Below the pieces are notes generated by a model. It had not been told where the DNA came from. It made no database searches and was given only the letters and a program-made list of their open reading frames with translations. DNA of 64,000 nt from Gemmatimonadota bacterium (lineage in GTDB: Bacteria; Gemmatimonadota; Gemmatimonadetes; Gemmatimonadales; GWC2-71-9). The stretch is from assembly GCA_046726475.1 (NCBI GenBank), contig JBKPAO010000036.1, forward strand, positions 674-64,673, written 5' to 3'. Below, in pieces: positions 30,571-40,116 of the stretch (the stretch's first letter is position 1; every line of letters starts with the position of its first letter). The position numbers were made by a program, and so were the translations under genes.

Positions 30571-31158
30571 TTGTACGCTCACGATTGCCGAGGGAGAAGC
30601 GTGACCGAAGCTAGTCCGGCACGGAGGGGGGAGCAAGGCCGCGTGCGGTGGACAGCGGCCGACCTGATCAGCCTTCTCCGCATTCCGCTCGCAGTCGCAT
30701 TCGTGCTGGTGTCTCACAATGGATGGCGGCTGGTGATCGTCGCGGCCGCGGCTCTCACCGATCTCCTCGATGGCCCGGTCGCACGCCGCTTCGGCAGCTC
30801 TCCTTTTGGGGCAGTTCTCGATCCCATTGCCGACAAGGTGTTCATGGCGGCTGCTGTGGGAGTGGTGGCATTCTCCGGCCGGCTGGAGGTATACGAGATC
30901 GTCGGAGTTCTGCTGCGCGACATCGTTGCAACCGTCGCCTTCGTCATCACTTTGGTGTCTCATCAGCCGAGGGCCATCCCGGCACGTTCCAGCGGCAAGG
31001 CAGTGACGGTGGCGCAGATCCTGACTCTCGTCGCGTTTCTCGTGAATTCTCCTTATCTGCGGCCGATCGCCTGGGCGACTACGGTGATTGCCATCATCGC
31101 CATTTGGGACTACTACCGCGTGGCGCCCCGGGCCCAGCGGCGGCTGGGGGATGGGTGA
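30571..31158 (+). CDS. CDP-alcohol phosphatidyltransferase family protein (PgsA-like)
   Basis: Contains the motif D-x2-DG-x2-AR-x8-G-x3-D-x3-D (LTDLLDGPVARRFGSSPFGAVLDPIADK). Polytopic. Start uncertain; GTG 30601 is an alternative. Confidence 0.85.
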   Translation: MYAHDCRGRSVTEASPARRGEQGRVRWTAADLISLLRIPLAVAFVLVSHNGWRLVIVAAAALTDLLDGPVARRFGSSPFGAVLDPIADKVFMAAAVGVVAFSGRLEVYEIVGVLLRDIVATVAFVITLVSHQPRAIPARSSGKAVTVAQILTLVAFLVNSPYLRPIAWATTVIAIIAIWDYYRVAPRAQRRLGDG

Positions 31159-31568
31159 TGGGGCAAGAGACCAAGCAGATCGTGCTGAATTGGGAGGAGG
31201 GACTCCGCTTCCACGGCGGTGAGCCGGCGGGCCCATCCATCACCATCGACGGCGACAACGCTGCCGGCCCTGGACCGATGTTGAGTCTCCTGCTTGCGGC
31301 GGCGTCGTGCAGCGGCTCTGACGTGGTCATCATTCTCGAGAAGATGCGAGTAAAGCTGCGGGAATTCCGGATCGAAGCCGCCGGCGTTCGGAGAGAGGAA
31401 GATCCGAGACGGTACGTTGCTATTCACCTGACCTACCGAATTAGCGGCACCGGATTGGATGAAGCCAAGGCTCGCCGGGCGATCGATCTCTCGCTAGAGA
31501 AATATTGCTCGGTGGTTCACTCGCTCGCAGCCGACATCGCCATTACCTATGCGCTGTCGCTGGCGTGA
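31158..31568 (+). CDS. OsmC family peroxiredoxin-like protein
   Basis: The ATG overlaps the preceding TGA (TGATG). 136 aa with LLAAASCSGSDVV and EKYCSVVHSL, the two conserved Cys of OsmC/Ohr. Confidence 0.87.
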   Translation: MGQETKQIVLNWEEGLRFHGGEPAGPSITIDGDNAAGPGPMLSLLLAAASCSGSDVVIILEKMRVKLREFRIEAAGVRREEDPRRYVAIHLTYRISGTGLDEAKARRAIDLSLEKYCSVVHSLAADIAITYALSLA

Positions 31569-32016
31569 GCTGCTTTCCTGTGCTGGAACACTTCTGACGG
31601 CAGCACCGGCAGCGGCGCAACAGACCCGGGAAATCGGAGTTCAATCAATTGCGGCCTTTGCTGATCCGGCTGCGGTCGTCGCCGGAGCCTATGGGGCATG
31701 GCACCCTTCTGGGCGCACCCGTCTGTCCGCGAGCTTGGGGCTAGGCATCGCAGACCGGGAACTCGCCTGGCGGGCGGAGGCCCTCGGGCACTTCCTCCTC
31801 AGCCCGGAGGAGCGGCGGCGACCGGGATTTTATTTCGCCGGCGGCATTGCCGGAACTGGAGGGCCTGTTAGCCGCGGGTACCTAGTGCTTACACTCGGAC
31901 TGGAGCAGCAGCCCCAAGCCCGATCAGGCTGGGCCCTCGAGGTAGGGGTCGGTGGAGGATTCCGCTTGGCGGCGGGTTACCGGTGGAGATTTACGGCGGG
32001 GGTAGGGGGAAAATAA
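31549..32016 (+). CDS. hypothetical secreted Gly/Ala-rich protein (possible small beta-barrel)
   Basis: 155 aa with a signal peptide (LLSCAGTLLTAAPAAAQQ) and alternating-pattern strands ending in ...RLAAGYRWRF. No family recognised. Confidence 0.45.
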   Translation: MRCRWRELLSCAGTLLTAAPAAAQQTREIGVQSIAAFADPAAVVAGAYGAWHPSGRTRLSASLGLGIADRELAWRAEALGHFLLSPEERRRPGFYFAGGIAGTGGPVSRGYLVLTLGLEQQPQARSGWALEVGVGGGFRLAAGYRWRFTAGVGGK

Positions 32017-32018
32017 GA

Positions 32019-32047
32019 ACGCCCCGAGGATCCTCTCGGGGCGTTTT
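32019..32047. terminator. bidirectional rho-independent terminator between convergent genes
   Basis: ACGCCCCGAG-gatcct-CTCGGGGCGT, a perfect 10-bp stem flanked by AAAATAAGA upstream and TTTT downstream. Confidence 0.75.
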
Positions 32048-32066
32048 CGACCTTCGTTCGGCTCGC

Positions 32067-32330
32067 TCAGACCACGCCGGAGGCCATTGGCTCAACCCGG
32101 CGGACTGGTTGGCAGTACCGCTCGCCCAACGTCCGCAGCTGGGCCAACTCCTGCTCGCTCAGATCCTCGTAGCGGTCAGAGATGTAGCCCATCGTATCGT
32201 CGAACCAGTCCTTCTGATGCTCGGGGAGAGCGTCGATGACACCGCAACGGAGGATATGGCTGAACAGTTCATCACGAGCCTGAGAAAACGAGGCCGCCTC
32301 AGGAACACTACGATTCTTCTTCTTACCCAT
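32067..32330 (-). CDS. hypothetical small protein
   Basis: 87-aa ORF (MGKKKNRSVPEAASFSQARDELFSHILRCG...) with coding-like GC3, bounded by the terminator and an AT-rich promoter region. No family recognised. Confidence 0.5.
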   Translation of the reverse strand: MGKKKNRSVPEAASFSQARDELFSHILRCGVIDALPEHQKDWFDDTMGYISDRYEDLSEQELAQLRTLGERYCQPVRRVEPMASGVV

Positions 32331-32556
32331 GCACCATCCTTATAGAGAGCAGAGTACAAATCTATGCAGCGCTAAAGATAGCGGATTGCACTAATTGGTG
32401 CAAAAGGGCTGCCAGTTAGGAACTGGGGGCTGAAAACCGGCCAATACCTCTCTGTTTCGAGGGTTTTTTGGTCGCGTCCACTCCCAGCTTTCAGCTGCCA
32501 GCTCTCCAGCCCACCTAGCTCCCCAGCTCCTCATTATCTTTATCAGCCCGAATGGC

Positions 32557-32901
32557 TTGAACTCCAGCGAGAGCGACACGGCTCTCGAGGTCGCTATGGC
32601 AGAGCATGACGAGGTGTATGACAACAAGAGAGCGGAGCGGCTGGCTGCCCTCCTGCGATCGCTGGCGGCGCGGATCCAGGAACTCGACCGTGCGGGCCAC
32701 CTGCTCCGGGGGGGCCCCGAGCTCCTTCGGCTGATGGGAGATGCCCGGAGCGAGCTGTTCCATTACGAGGTTCGGAGCACGTACGACACGCCAGAGGTGG
32801 CCGATAACCGGCGTATCGTGGAAGAGGCCCAGCGCCAGGATTCCTTCCTACCAGACGACCCCGAGGACGATGAGCAATGGCGACGCCCCAGGCCGGAGTA
32901 A
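32557..32901 (+). CDS. hypothetical acidic protein
   Basis: 114-aa ORF; ATG 32596 (MAEHDEVY) is an alternative start. Its 3' end overlaps the dsbA-like start. No family recognised. Confidence 0.45.
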   Translation: MNSSESDTALEVAMAEHDEVYDNKRAERLAALLRSLAARIQELDRAGHLLRGGPELLRLMGDARSELFHYEVRSTYDTPEVADNRRIVEEAQRQDSFLPDDPEDDEQWRRPRPE

Positions 32902-33560
32902 AGCGCTTCTATGCAGTACTCGCGGTGCTTACCCTGGCGGGGCTCGGCGTTCTAGCCTTCCTGATCTTCAAACCTCAGACGGTGAGTATTCCCGCCAACG
33001 TCGTGGTTCAGGCATCCGATACATCGGGGTTTCGCGGGTACCTCAAGGGCTCTCCGGACGCGCCAGTGGAAATCACCGAGTTTGCCGATTTCCAGTGCCC
33101 ATTCTGCCAGACCTTTGCCACTCTCCAGATGCCCACCATTGACGAGCGGCTTATTCAAACCGGCCGGGTCCGCTGGCGGTACCGCGACTTTCCCCTGCAG
33201 CAACATCCGTTTGCAAGGCTGGCAGCTCACTCGGCGGCCTGTGCGGACGAGCAAGGCAAATACTGGGACCAGCACCAGCGGATTTACGAGGGTCAGTCAG
33301 AGTGGTCCGAAGCGCGGGATGCAGGGTCCATTTTCCGCAACTACGCCAAAGCCGTGGGCCTGGATCTCGGCCGTTACGACGCCTGCATGAAAGCAGGGAA
33401 GTACGCCGGCCGCATCCAGGCGAGCTACAACGAGGGAGTGCAAGTCGGCGTCAACTCGACCCCGACGCTCCTGATCGGCGATCGGCTGTACAAAGGGCGT
33501 TTCGATTCGGATGCGATAATCAAGATGGTGGACTCGCTGGCACCGCGCCGTTCGAAGTGA
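32877..33560 (+). CDS. DsbA-family thiol:disulfide oxidoreductase (membrane-anchored)
   Basis: 227 aa with an N-terminal TM and the thioredoxin-fold CxxC motif (FADFQCPFCQTF). Confidence 0.87.
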   Translation: MATPQAGVKRFYAVLAVLTLAGLGVLAFLIFKPQTVSIPANVVVQASDTSGFRGYLKGSPDAPVEITEFADFQCPFCQTFATLQMPTIDERLIQTGRVRWRYRDFPLQQHPFARLAAHSAACADEQGKYWDQHQRIYEGQSEWSEARDAGSIFRNYAKAVGLDLGRYDACMKAGKYAGRIQASYNEGVQVGVNSTPTLLIGDRLYKGRFDSDAIIKMVDSLAPRRSK

Positions 33561-33570
33561 TCCTTTCCTG

Positions 33571-34008
33571 ATGCTCTATCGTATGACCACGGCGTTGCTG
33601 AGCTTGGCCGGCTTGTTCATCTCTGCCTATCTCTACCTCTATAAGATCGGAAGGATCGGTAGTTTGGCCTGCGGGACCGGCGGCTGTGAGACGGTGCAAC
33701 TCAGCCCCTGGAGCCGTTTCGCGGGCCTGGAGGTTTCGCTCATCGGGCTGATCGGCTATGCCGGGCTGCTTGTCATCAGTCTCGTCGCGCTGCAACCTGC
33801 CTGGGCAGGGCGACGTGGTGCTGCCACCATCTTGGCGGCGCTTGCGGGCGTTGGGGTTCTCTTTGCGGCATACCTGACTTTCCTCGAGCTGTTCGTCATC
33901 CACGCGATCTGCCGCTGGTGCGTCGGTTCGGCGGTCATCATTCTGGCCATTTTCATTGTGGCATTAATGGATCGGCAGAGGCTCGCACCGGGTCGAGACG
34001 CTGAGTGA
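33571..34008 (+). CDS. vitamin K epoxide reductase (VKOR) family protein
   Basis: 145 aa with four TMs, a loop Cys pair (LACGTGGCETV) and a CxxC in the TM (CRWC). Confidence 0.85.
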   Translation: MLYRMTTALLSLAGLFISAYLYLYKIGRIGSLACGTGGCETVQLSPWSRFAGLEVSLIGLIGYAGLLVISLVALQPAWAGRRGAATILAALAGVGVLFAAYLTFLELFVIHAICRWCVGSAVIILAIFIVALMDRQRLAPGRDAE

Positions 34009-35942
34009 TCCAGAAGGCCAAGTCTCCTTCGGGGAAACGGCTGGCGATACTCGCCTTGGGTGCACTCGGGGTGGTGTATGGGGACATCGGCACCAGCCCA
34101 CTCTACGCATTCAAGGAATGCTTCTTCGGGCCCCATAGCTTCCCCGTGACCACGGGAAACGTGCTGGGCATCCTGTCGCTGATCTTCTGGTCGCTCAACT
34201 TCGTGGTCACCTTCAAGTATCTCTCGATGGTCATGCGGGCGGACAACCGGGGCGAGGGCGGGATTCTCGCCCTCCTGGCCCTCGTGCGGCCCAGCGGACC
34301 GCTGACTCGCACCGGGCGGTTGTTGATCACCACTGGTCTGTTTGGCTCGGCACTGCTCTACGGCGACGGCATCATCACGCCGGCTATCTCGGTGCTCAGC
34401 GCCGTGGAAGGTCTCAGTGTGGCCACCCCGGCGCTGACGCATTGGGTGGTGCCTATAGCCTTCATCATCATTCTCGCGCTGTTCGCGTTCCAGCGGCGGG
34501 GCACTGCCGGGGTGGGTGCGGTGTTTGGCCCAGTGACGGGCATCTGGTTTATCTGCATCGCGGTGTTTGGGATAATGGGCATCCTCCGGGAACCGGGGGT
34601 GCTCCGGGCGCTCGACCCCCGTTACGCCGTGGACTTTTTTGCCCGCGAGGGGCTCACCGGAATAACCATCCTGGCCGCGATCATTTTGGTAGTCACTGGA
34701 GGAGAGGCCCTCTACGCCGATATGGGTCACTTCGGCCGTAAACCGATACGGCTGGCCTGGTTTACTCTCGTCCTTCCGGCGCTGATGCTCAATTACTTCG
34801 GGCAGGGGGCGCTGATCCTGAACGACCCGGGTGTCGCTCGCAATCCGTTTTATGCCCTGGTCCCAGGTTGGGCTCTCTATCCCATGGTGGGGGTGGCGAC
34901 GGCTGCTGCCGTCGTGGCCTCGCAGGCGCTCATTTCCGGCGCGTTCTCCTTGACCCGGCAGGCGATCCAGTTGGGGTACAGCCCGCGAATGAAGATCATC
35001 CATACCTCCAGCAGCACCATTGGGCAGATCTACATCCCGTCGGTGAACACCGCTCTGATGCTGGCGTGTCTCGGCCTGGTGGTCGGCTTTCGGGACTCCG
35101 GCGCTCTGGCACTCACCTACGGTGTTGCCCTGTCGGGGACGATGACCATCACGACCATTCTCTTTGCCATTGTGATGCGGCGCCTGTGGAATTGGAGCAA
35201 GTGGAAGGTTGGAATCATCACGGCGCTGTTCCTGACCGTAGACCTCGCATTCGTCTCCGCCAACATGCTCAAGGTGCCCAACGGCGGATGGTTGCCGCTA
35301 CTGGTGGCGGCGGGGGTGTATCTGTTGATGTCGACCTGGAAGAAGGGGCGGGTGCGGCTCTCGCACATCGTGCGGGAGAATACGCTCCCAATCGAGCTCT
35401 TTCTGCAGGATATCCGGCGACGGCAGCCCCATCGGGTAGGGGGAACGGCGGTCTTCATGACCTCCGACTCGGACGGGGCGCCTCCCGTCCTGCTCCACCA
35501 TCTCAAGCACAACAAGGTCCTGCACCAAAAGGTCATGCTCATGTCGGTGCACACTGAGGAGATTCCTCAGGTGGCACACCGGGAACGGGTACGGTGCAGT
35601 GAACTGGGCGAAGGATTCTACCAGGTCAAGGTACACTACGGCTTCATGGAGACGCCGGACGTGCCCGACGTACTCCGAGACCTGTCACGGGAGGACGACA
35701 AGGGCAAGCCGGTGCCGGTCAAGCTGGCGGACACGACCTTCTACCTGGGTCGCGAAACCTTGATTGCCATACCGAGCTCCAAGCTGGCCAAAGCCGATGG
35801 CGCTCGACCCGAGGGGAGGAGGATGGGACGGTGGAGGAAAAAGCTGTTCATCTTGATGACCCGGAACGCGCAGTCCGCGACGGCCTATTTTGGCCTTCCC
35901 CCCAACCGGGTCGTCGAGCTGGGCGCTCAGATCCAGTTCTGA
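34005..35942 (+). CDS. kup: KUP/HAK/KT potassium uptake transporter (copy 1)
   Basis: 645 aa with LGALGVVYGDIGTSPLYAFKE and MRADNRGEGGILALLAL. Full-length Kup architecture with a cytoplasmic C-terminal domain. Confidence 0.95.
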   Translation: MIQKAKSPSGKRLAILALGALGVVYGDIGTSPLYAFKECFFGPHSFPVTTGNVLGILSLIFWSLNFVVTFKYLSMVMRADNRGEGGILALLALVRPSGPLTRTGRLLITTGLFGSALLYGDGIITPAISVLSAVEGLSVATPALTHWVVPIAFIIILALFAFQRRGTAGVGAVFGPVTGIWFICIAVFGIMGILREPGVLRALDPRYAVDFFAREGLTGITILAAIILVVTGGEALYADMGHFGRKPIRLAWFTLVLPALMLNYFGQGALILNDPGVARNPFYALVPGWALYPMVGVATAAAVVASQALISGAFSLTRQAIQLGYSPRMKIIHTSSSTIGQIYIPSVNTALMLACLGLVVGFRDSGALALTYGVALSGTMTITTILFAIVMRRLWNWSKWKVGIITALFLTVDLAFVSANMLKVPNGGWLPLLVAAGVYLLMSTWKKGRVRLSHIVRENTLPIELFLQDIRRRQPHRVGGTAVFMTSDSDGAPPVLLHHLKHNKVLHQKVMLMSVHTEEIPQVAHRERVRCSELGEGFYQVKVHYGFMETPDVPDVLRDLSREDDKGKPVPVKLADTTFYLGRETLIAIPSSKLAKADGARPEGRRMGRWRKKLFILMTRNAQSATAYFGLPPNRVVELGAQIQF

Positions 35943-37856
35943 ATGGCCACAAGCAGGATTGAACCCGCGGGCTCAGTAGCGCGCAGGGAGAGCTACAGGC
36001 GCGCCACGCTGCTGAGTCTCAGCCTGGGTGCGCTGGGCGTGGTCTATGGCGACATCGGCACCAGTCCGCTGTACGCCTTGAAAGAATGCTTCGCACCCGA
36101 GTACGGGGTATCTCCGACGCGGGAAAACGTGCTCGGGATTCTGTCGCTCATCTTCTGGTCGCTCAATTTCGTAGTCTCATTCAAGTACCTCCTTTTTATC
36201 ATGCGGGCGGATAACCGGGGCGAGGGCGGGATCATGGCGCTGCTCGCCCTGCTCCACCCCCGCCGCGAGGGAGCTCACTCCAGGAAGCTCTTGATAGGGT
36301 TGGGCCTGTTCGGCGCCGCACTCCTTTACGGCGATGGCGTCATCACGCCGGCGATCTCGGTGCTCAGCGCGGTGGAAGGGATTGCGGTCGCGACCCCGGC
36401 CCTCGGCAGGACCGTGCCCCTCGTTGCTTCGGTCATTCTCATTGCCCTGTTCTGGTTCCAGAGCCGCGGGACTGCAAAGGTGGGCGCCGTGTTCGGGCGG
36501 GTAATGCTGGTGTGGTTCGCTGCTATCATGGTTTTGGGCGTCCGAGGCATTCTGCAGAATCCCGGTGTCGTTCGGGCACTCAATCCCCTCTACGGGATCG
36601 ATTTCATGATCCGCGACGGAGAACGGGGCTTCCTGATTCTCGGAGCGGTGGTCCTGGTGGTGACCGGGGCGGAGGCGCTTTACGCCGATATGGGCCATTT
36701 CGGCAAACGGCCTATCCGGGTGGTGTGGTTTACCGTGGTGCTTCCAGCGCTGATGCTGAACTACTTAGGGCAAGGTGCGATGCTGATCAGCCACCCCAGC
36801 GCAGCCAGAAATCCATTCTACAGTTTGGTGCCTGCCTGGGCGCTGTATCCCATGGTCGTGGTTGCCACTGCCGCCGCCGTGGTGGCGTCCCAGGCACTCA
36901 TCTCCGGGGCCTTCTCGCTGACCCGCCAGGCGGTCCAGCTGGGCTACAGCCCCCGGGTTACCATCCAGCACACCTCACAAACCGAGATCGGCCAGATCTA
37001 CCTGCCGGGGGTCAACCGCACTCTGGCGGTCCTCTGCGTCATTCTGGTGTTGGGATTCGGCAGCTCGGGCAACCTCGCTTCGGCCTATGGGATAGCTGTT
37101 ACCGGCACAATGACCATTACCACGCTGCTCTTCTGTCAGGTCGCCCGTGATCGCTGGCATTGGAGAACGTGGCAGGTGGTGGGTTTGGGGAGTCTGTTCC
37201 TGATTGTCGATCTGTCGTTTCTCGGCGCCAACCTGGTGAAGATCGCCAAAGGCGGCTGGTTCCCTATTCTCGTGGCGGTGGTGGTCTACATCCTGATGAC
37301 CACCTGGAAGCGGGGCCGCAATGCCGTCACCGCGATCCTACGCGAGAACTCGCTCCCGATCACACTGTTCTTGCAGGACATGCAACGGCGCCAGCCTCCG
37401 CGAGTGCAGGGTACCGCGGTCTTCATGACATCCGATCCCGGTGGGGCACCGGTCGTCCTCCTGCACCACCTCAAGCACAATAAGGTGCTGCATGAGCGGC
37501 TGATCATCATGTCCATCGAGGGAGAAGAGATTCCCCAAGTGCAGCCGGACGCTCGGGTCGAGCTCAAGGAAAGGGGGGAGGGGGTCTACCAGGTCGTCGG
37601 GAGGTACGGCTTCATGGAGTCACCCGATATCCCTGGACTGCTCGGTTCTCTCAACGGTCGAGGTATGGTGGTCAAGCCGCTGGAGACCAGCTTTTACCTG
37701 GGGCGGGAAACATTGTTACCAACCGGGGCATCCAAAATGTCGAACTGGCGCAAGAAGCTCTTCATCGTAATGGCTCGGAACGCCCAATCGGCAACGGCTT
37801 TCTTCAATCTTCCGCCCAACCGCGTGGTCGAGCTGGGAGCGCAGATTCAGTTTTAG
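35943..37856 (+). CDS. kup: KUP/HAK/KT potassium uptake transporter (copy 2)
   Basis: 637 aa. It starts on the nucleotide after the copy 1 stop (TGAATG) and shares long identical runs with copy 1. Confidence 0.95.
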   Translation: MATSRIEPAGSVARRESYRRATLLSLSLGALGVVYGDIGTSPLYALKECFAPEYGVSPTRENVLGILSLIFWSLNFVVSFKYLLFIMRADNRGEGGIMALLALLHPRREGAHSRKLLIGLGLFGAALLYGDGVITPAISVLSAVEGIAVATPALGRTVPLVASVILIALFWFQSRGTAKVGAVFGRVMLVWFAAIMVLGVRGILQNPGVVRALNPLYGIDFMIRDGERGFLILGAVVLVVTGAEALYADMGHFGKRPIRVVWFTVVLPALMLNYLGQGAMLISHPSAARNPFYSLVPAWALYPMVVVATAAAVVASQALISGAFSLTRQAVQLGYSPRVTIQHTSQTEIGQIYLPGVNRTLAVLCVILVLGFGSSGNLASAYGIAVTGTMTITTLLFCQVARDRWHWRTWQVVGLGSLFLIVDLSFLGANLVKIAKGGWFPILVAVVVYILMTTWKRGRNAVTAILRENSLPITLFLQDMQRRQPPRVQGTAVFMTSDPGGAPVVLLHHLKHNKVLHERLIIMSIEGEEIPQVQPDARVELKERGEGVYQVVGRYGFMESPDIPGLLGSLNGRGMVVKPLETSFYLGRETLLPTGASKMSNWRKKLFIVMARNAQSATAFFNLPPNRVVELGAQIQF

Positions 37857-37859
37857 CTC

Positions 37860-39800
37860 CTAGCTTTCCTTCTCTTCGTACATCTCCTTTAGGCGATTCA
37901 CCACCGCTGGATCCGCCAGCGTCGTCGTGTCTCCTAGCGTTCTACCCTCCGCGATGTCCTTGAGCAGCCGACGCATGATCTTTCCGCTCCGAGTCTTGGG
38001 AAGGTCGGCAGAAAAGAGGATGTCGTCCGGCCGGGCGATGGCGCCGATTTTCTTCACCACATGGTCCTTGAGATCGTCCTTGAGCGTGGGGGAAGCCTGC
38101 TTTCCTTCCTTGAGCGTGACGAAGGCGGCGAGCGCCTGGCCTTTGAGGTCGTGCGAGCGTCCCACCACCGCGGCCTCGGCCACAGCGGGGTGGTCGACCA
38201 AGGCGCTCTCTACTTCCATGGTGCCGATCCGGTGGCCGGCCACATTCAGCACGTCGTCAACCCGGCCCAGAATCCACCAGTAGCCCTCCTCGTCCAATTT
38301 GGCTCCGTCGCCGGCGAAGTAGCGGCCGGGGAACCGGCTCCAGTAGGTCTCCCGGTATCGGGCGTCGTCGCCGTAGATCGTTCGCAGCATTCCCGGCCAA
38401 GGCTGGGTTATGGTGAGAAAGCCGCCACCCTGCTCCAGTCCCTTGCCGGTCGAGTCCACGAGTTCGGCGGAGACTCCGGGAAAGGGGACGGTCGCGGATC
38501 CTGGTTTGGTGGTTGTGACACCCGGGAGAGGAGTGATCATGATCCCTCCGGTCTCCGTCTGCCACCAGGTGTCGACGATAGGACAGCGTCCTCGTCCGAT
38601 GTGCTCCTGGTACCACATCCAGGCTTCTGGATTGATCGGCTCACCGACGGTACCGAGCAGCCGGAGGGTCGAGAGGTCGTGTTTGGCCGGGTGTTCGGTT
38701 CCCCACTTCATGAACGCCCGGATCGCCGTCGGTGCGGTGTAGAGCACCGTGACGCCATAGGTCTCGACGATGCTCCAGAACCGATCGCGCGCGGGCCAGT
38801 CCGGAGCACCCTCGTACATGAGGACGGTTGCCCCATTCGCCAGTGGGCCGTAGACCACATATGAATGTCCCGTCACCCATCCGATATCCGCGGTGCACCA
38901 GAAGACGTCTTCCTCTCTCAGGTCGAACACGTAACGGGTAGTCGCAGCGACCTGGGTGAGATAGCCGCCAGTGGTATGTACGATCCCCTTGGGCTTACCG
39001 GTGGTTCCCGAGGTATAGAGGATGAACAGCAGGTCTTCCGCGTCCATCGCTTCGGGCTCGTTCGAAGGCGACGCCGCGTGAAGCAGGCGATGCCACCAGT
39101 GATCCCGTCCTTCCAGCATCTCCGCCGCGGCCTCATCTCCCACCCGCCGCACCACGATGCACTGCTTGATCGATGGACAGTGCGCCAGGGCATCATCCGC
39201 AAACCGCTTGAGCGGTAGGATCTGACCTCGGCGATAGCCTCCGTCGGCGGTGATCAGTGCAACAGCTTGCGCATCGTTGATCCGGTCCCGCAGCGATTCG
39301 GCAGAGAATCCCCCGAAGACGACTGAATGCACTGCGCCGATTCTGGCGCAGGCCAGCATTGCGATGACGGCTTCGGGGATCATGGGGAGGTAGATGGCTA
39401 CCCGATCTCCCCGGTGGATGCCCAGTGCCTGGAGGGCGTTGGCGCAGCGGCGCACCTCACGGGCCAGGTCCCAGTAGGTGAACACCTGACGGTCGCCCGG
39501 CTCACCTTCCCAGACAATGGCGGCCTTGTTGCGACGGGGACCGGACAGATGTCGATCCAGGCAGTTGGCCGCTGCGTTCAGCTTGCCGTCCACGAACCAG
39601 CGGGCATGCGGCAGCTTCCACTCGAGCACCTGACTCCAGGGCGACATCCACTCCAGCTGACGCGCCTGTTGCTCCCAGAAGTGTTTCCAGTCGCGGCCCG
39701 CGCTATAGAGAGCCTCGGTCGCGGCCGCACGGGCAGCGAACGCGCGCGGAGGTGGGAACCGACGTTGCTCGGAGAGAAGCGTATCGATCTGATCGTTCAT
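37860..39800 (-). CDS. acs: acetyl-CoA synthetase
   Basis: From ATG 39800 ([18 protein letters not shown]...), 646 aa with the AMP-binding motif [11 protein letters not shown] and a C-terminal SGKIMRR. The upstream 85 codons in the ORF track are a non-coding-looking extension. Confidence 0.95.
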   Translation of the reverse strand: MNDQIDTLLSEQRRFPPPRAFAARAAATEALYSAGRDWKHFWEQQARQLEWMSPWSQVLEWKLPHARWFVDGKLNAAANCLDRHLSGPRRNKAAIVWEGEPGDRQVFTYWDLAREVRRCANALQALGIHRGDRVAIYLPMIPEAVIAMLACARIGAVHSVVFGGFSAESLRDRINDAQAVALITADGGYRRGQILPLKRFADDALAHCPSIKQCIVVRRVGDEAAAEMLEGRDHWWHRLLHAASPSNEPEAMDAEDLLFILYTSGTTGKPKGIVHTTGGYLTQVAATTRYVFDLREEDVFWCTADIGWVTGHSYVVYGPLANGATVLMYEGAPDWPARDRFWSIVETYGVTVLYTAPTAIRAFMKWGTEHPAKHDLSTLRLLGTVGEPINPEAWMWYQEHIGRGRCPIVDTWWQTETGGIMITPLPGVTTTKPGSATVPFPGVSAELVDSTGKGLEQGGGFLTITQPWPGMLRTIYGDDARYRETYWSRFPGRYFAGDGAKLDEEGYWWILGRVDDVLNVAGHRIGTMEVESALVDHPAVAEAAVVGRSHDLKGQALAAFVTLKEGKQASPTLKDDLKDHVVKKIGAIARPDDILFSADLPKTRSGKIMRRLLKDIAEGRTLGDTTTLADPAVVNRLKEMYEEKES

Positions 39801-40116
39801 GGTCAGGTGGGTGAGAGTCAGCACCAACCTAAGGGAGCAGGGCACCGGGTGTAAGAGTGGCGCAGTCCCACCCGCTACTTTTGCAGTAGTCTGCCGCGGA
39901 GTGCGGCGTGAGTCCCTGCTGCAAGACTTGGTAATGGGTCTCACAACAGATTGCGAATCCGATGTTTGTCGTGAGTGGCACCAGTCTCGCCTTTTTCCCA
40001 GGCGAGGGCGCGCGGTCGTATGCGGCCAAGCGCAGATCCGCCCGATAGAGCACACCCGGAGTGATTCGGGGCCGCAAAACTAGAGGTCTCACCAGGTCCC
40101 TGGTTGAGATAGCTCG

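Noticed and set aside
30648-31157. Long 306-aa ORF in the OsmC frame extending upstream through the phosphatidyltransferase gene.
   Set aside because: The upstream 170 codons overlap, in another frame, a gene with a perfect CDP-alcohol transferase motif, and they translate to Arg/Gly/Ser-rich sequence. The OsmC homology starts at ATG 31158.
33756-35003. 415-aa minus-strand ORF overlapping VKOR and kup copy 1.
   Set aside because: It is antisense to two well-supported genes, with Arg/His/Pro-rich low-complexity translation. Shadow ORF.
39801-40055. 85-codon N-terminal extension of acetyl-CoA synthetase in the ORF track (731 aa).
   Set aside because: The extension is Arg/Cys/Ser-rich with no homology to Acs N-termini. 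ATG 39800 gives the canonical length and an MNDQ...FPPP start.
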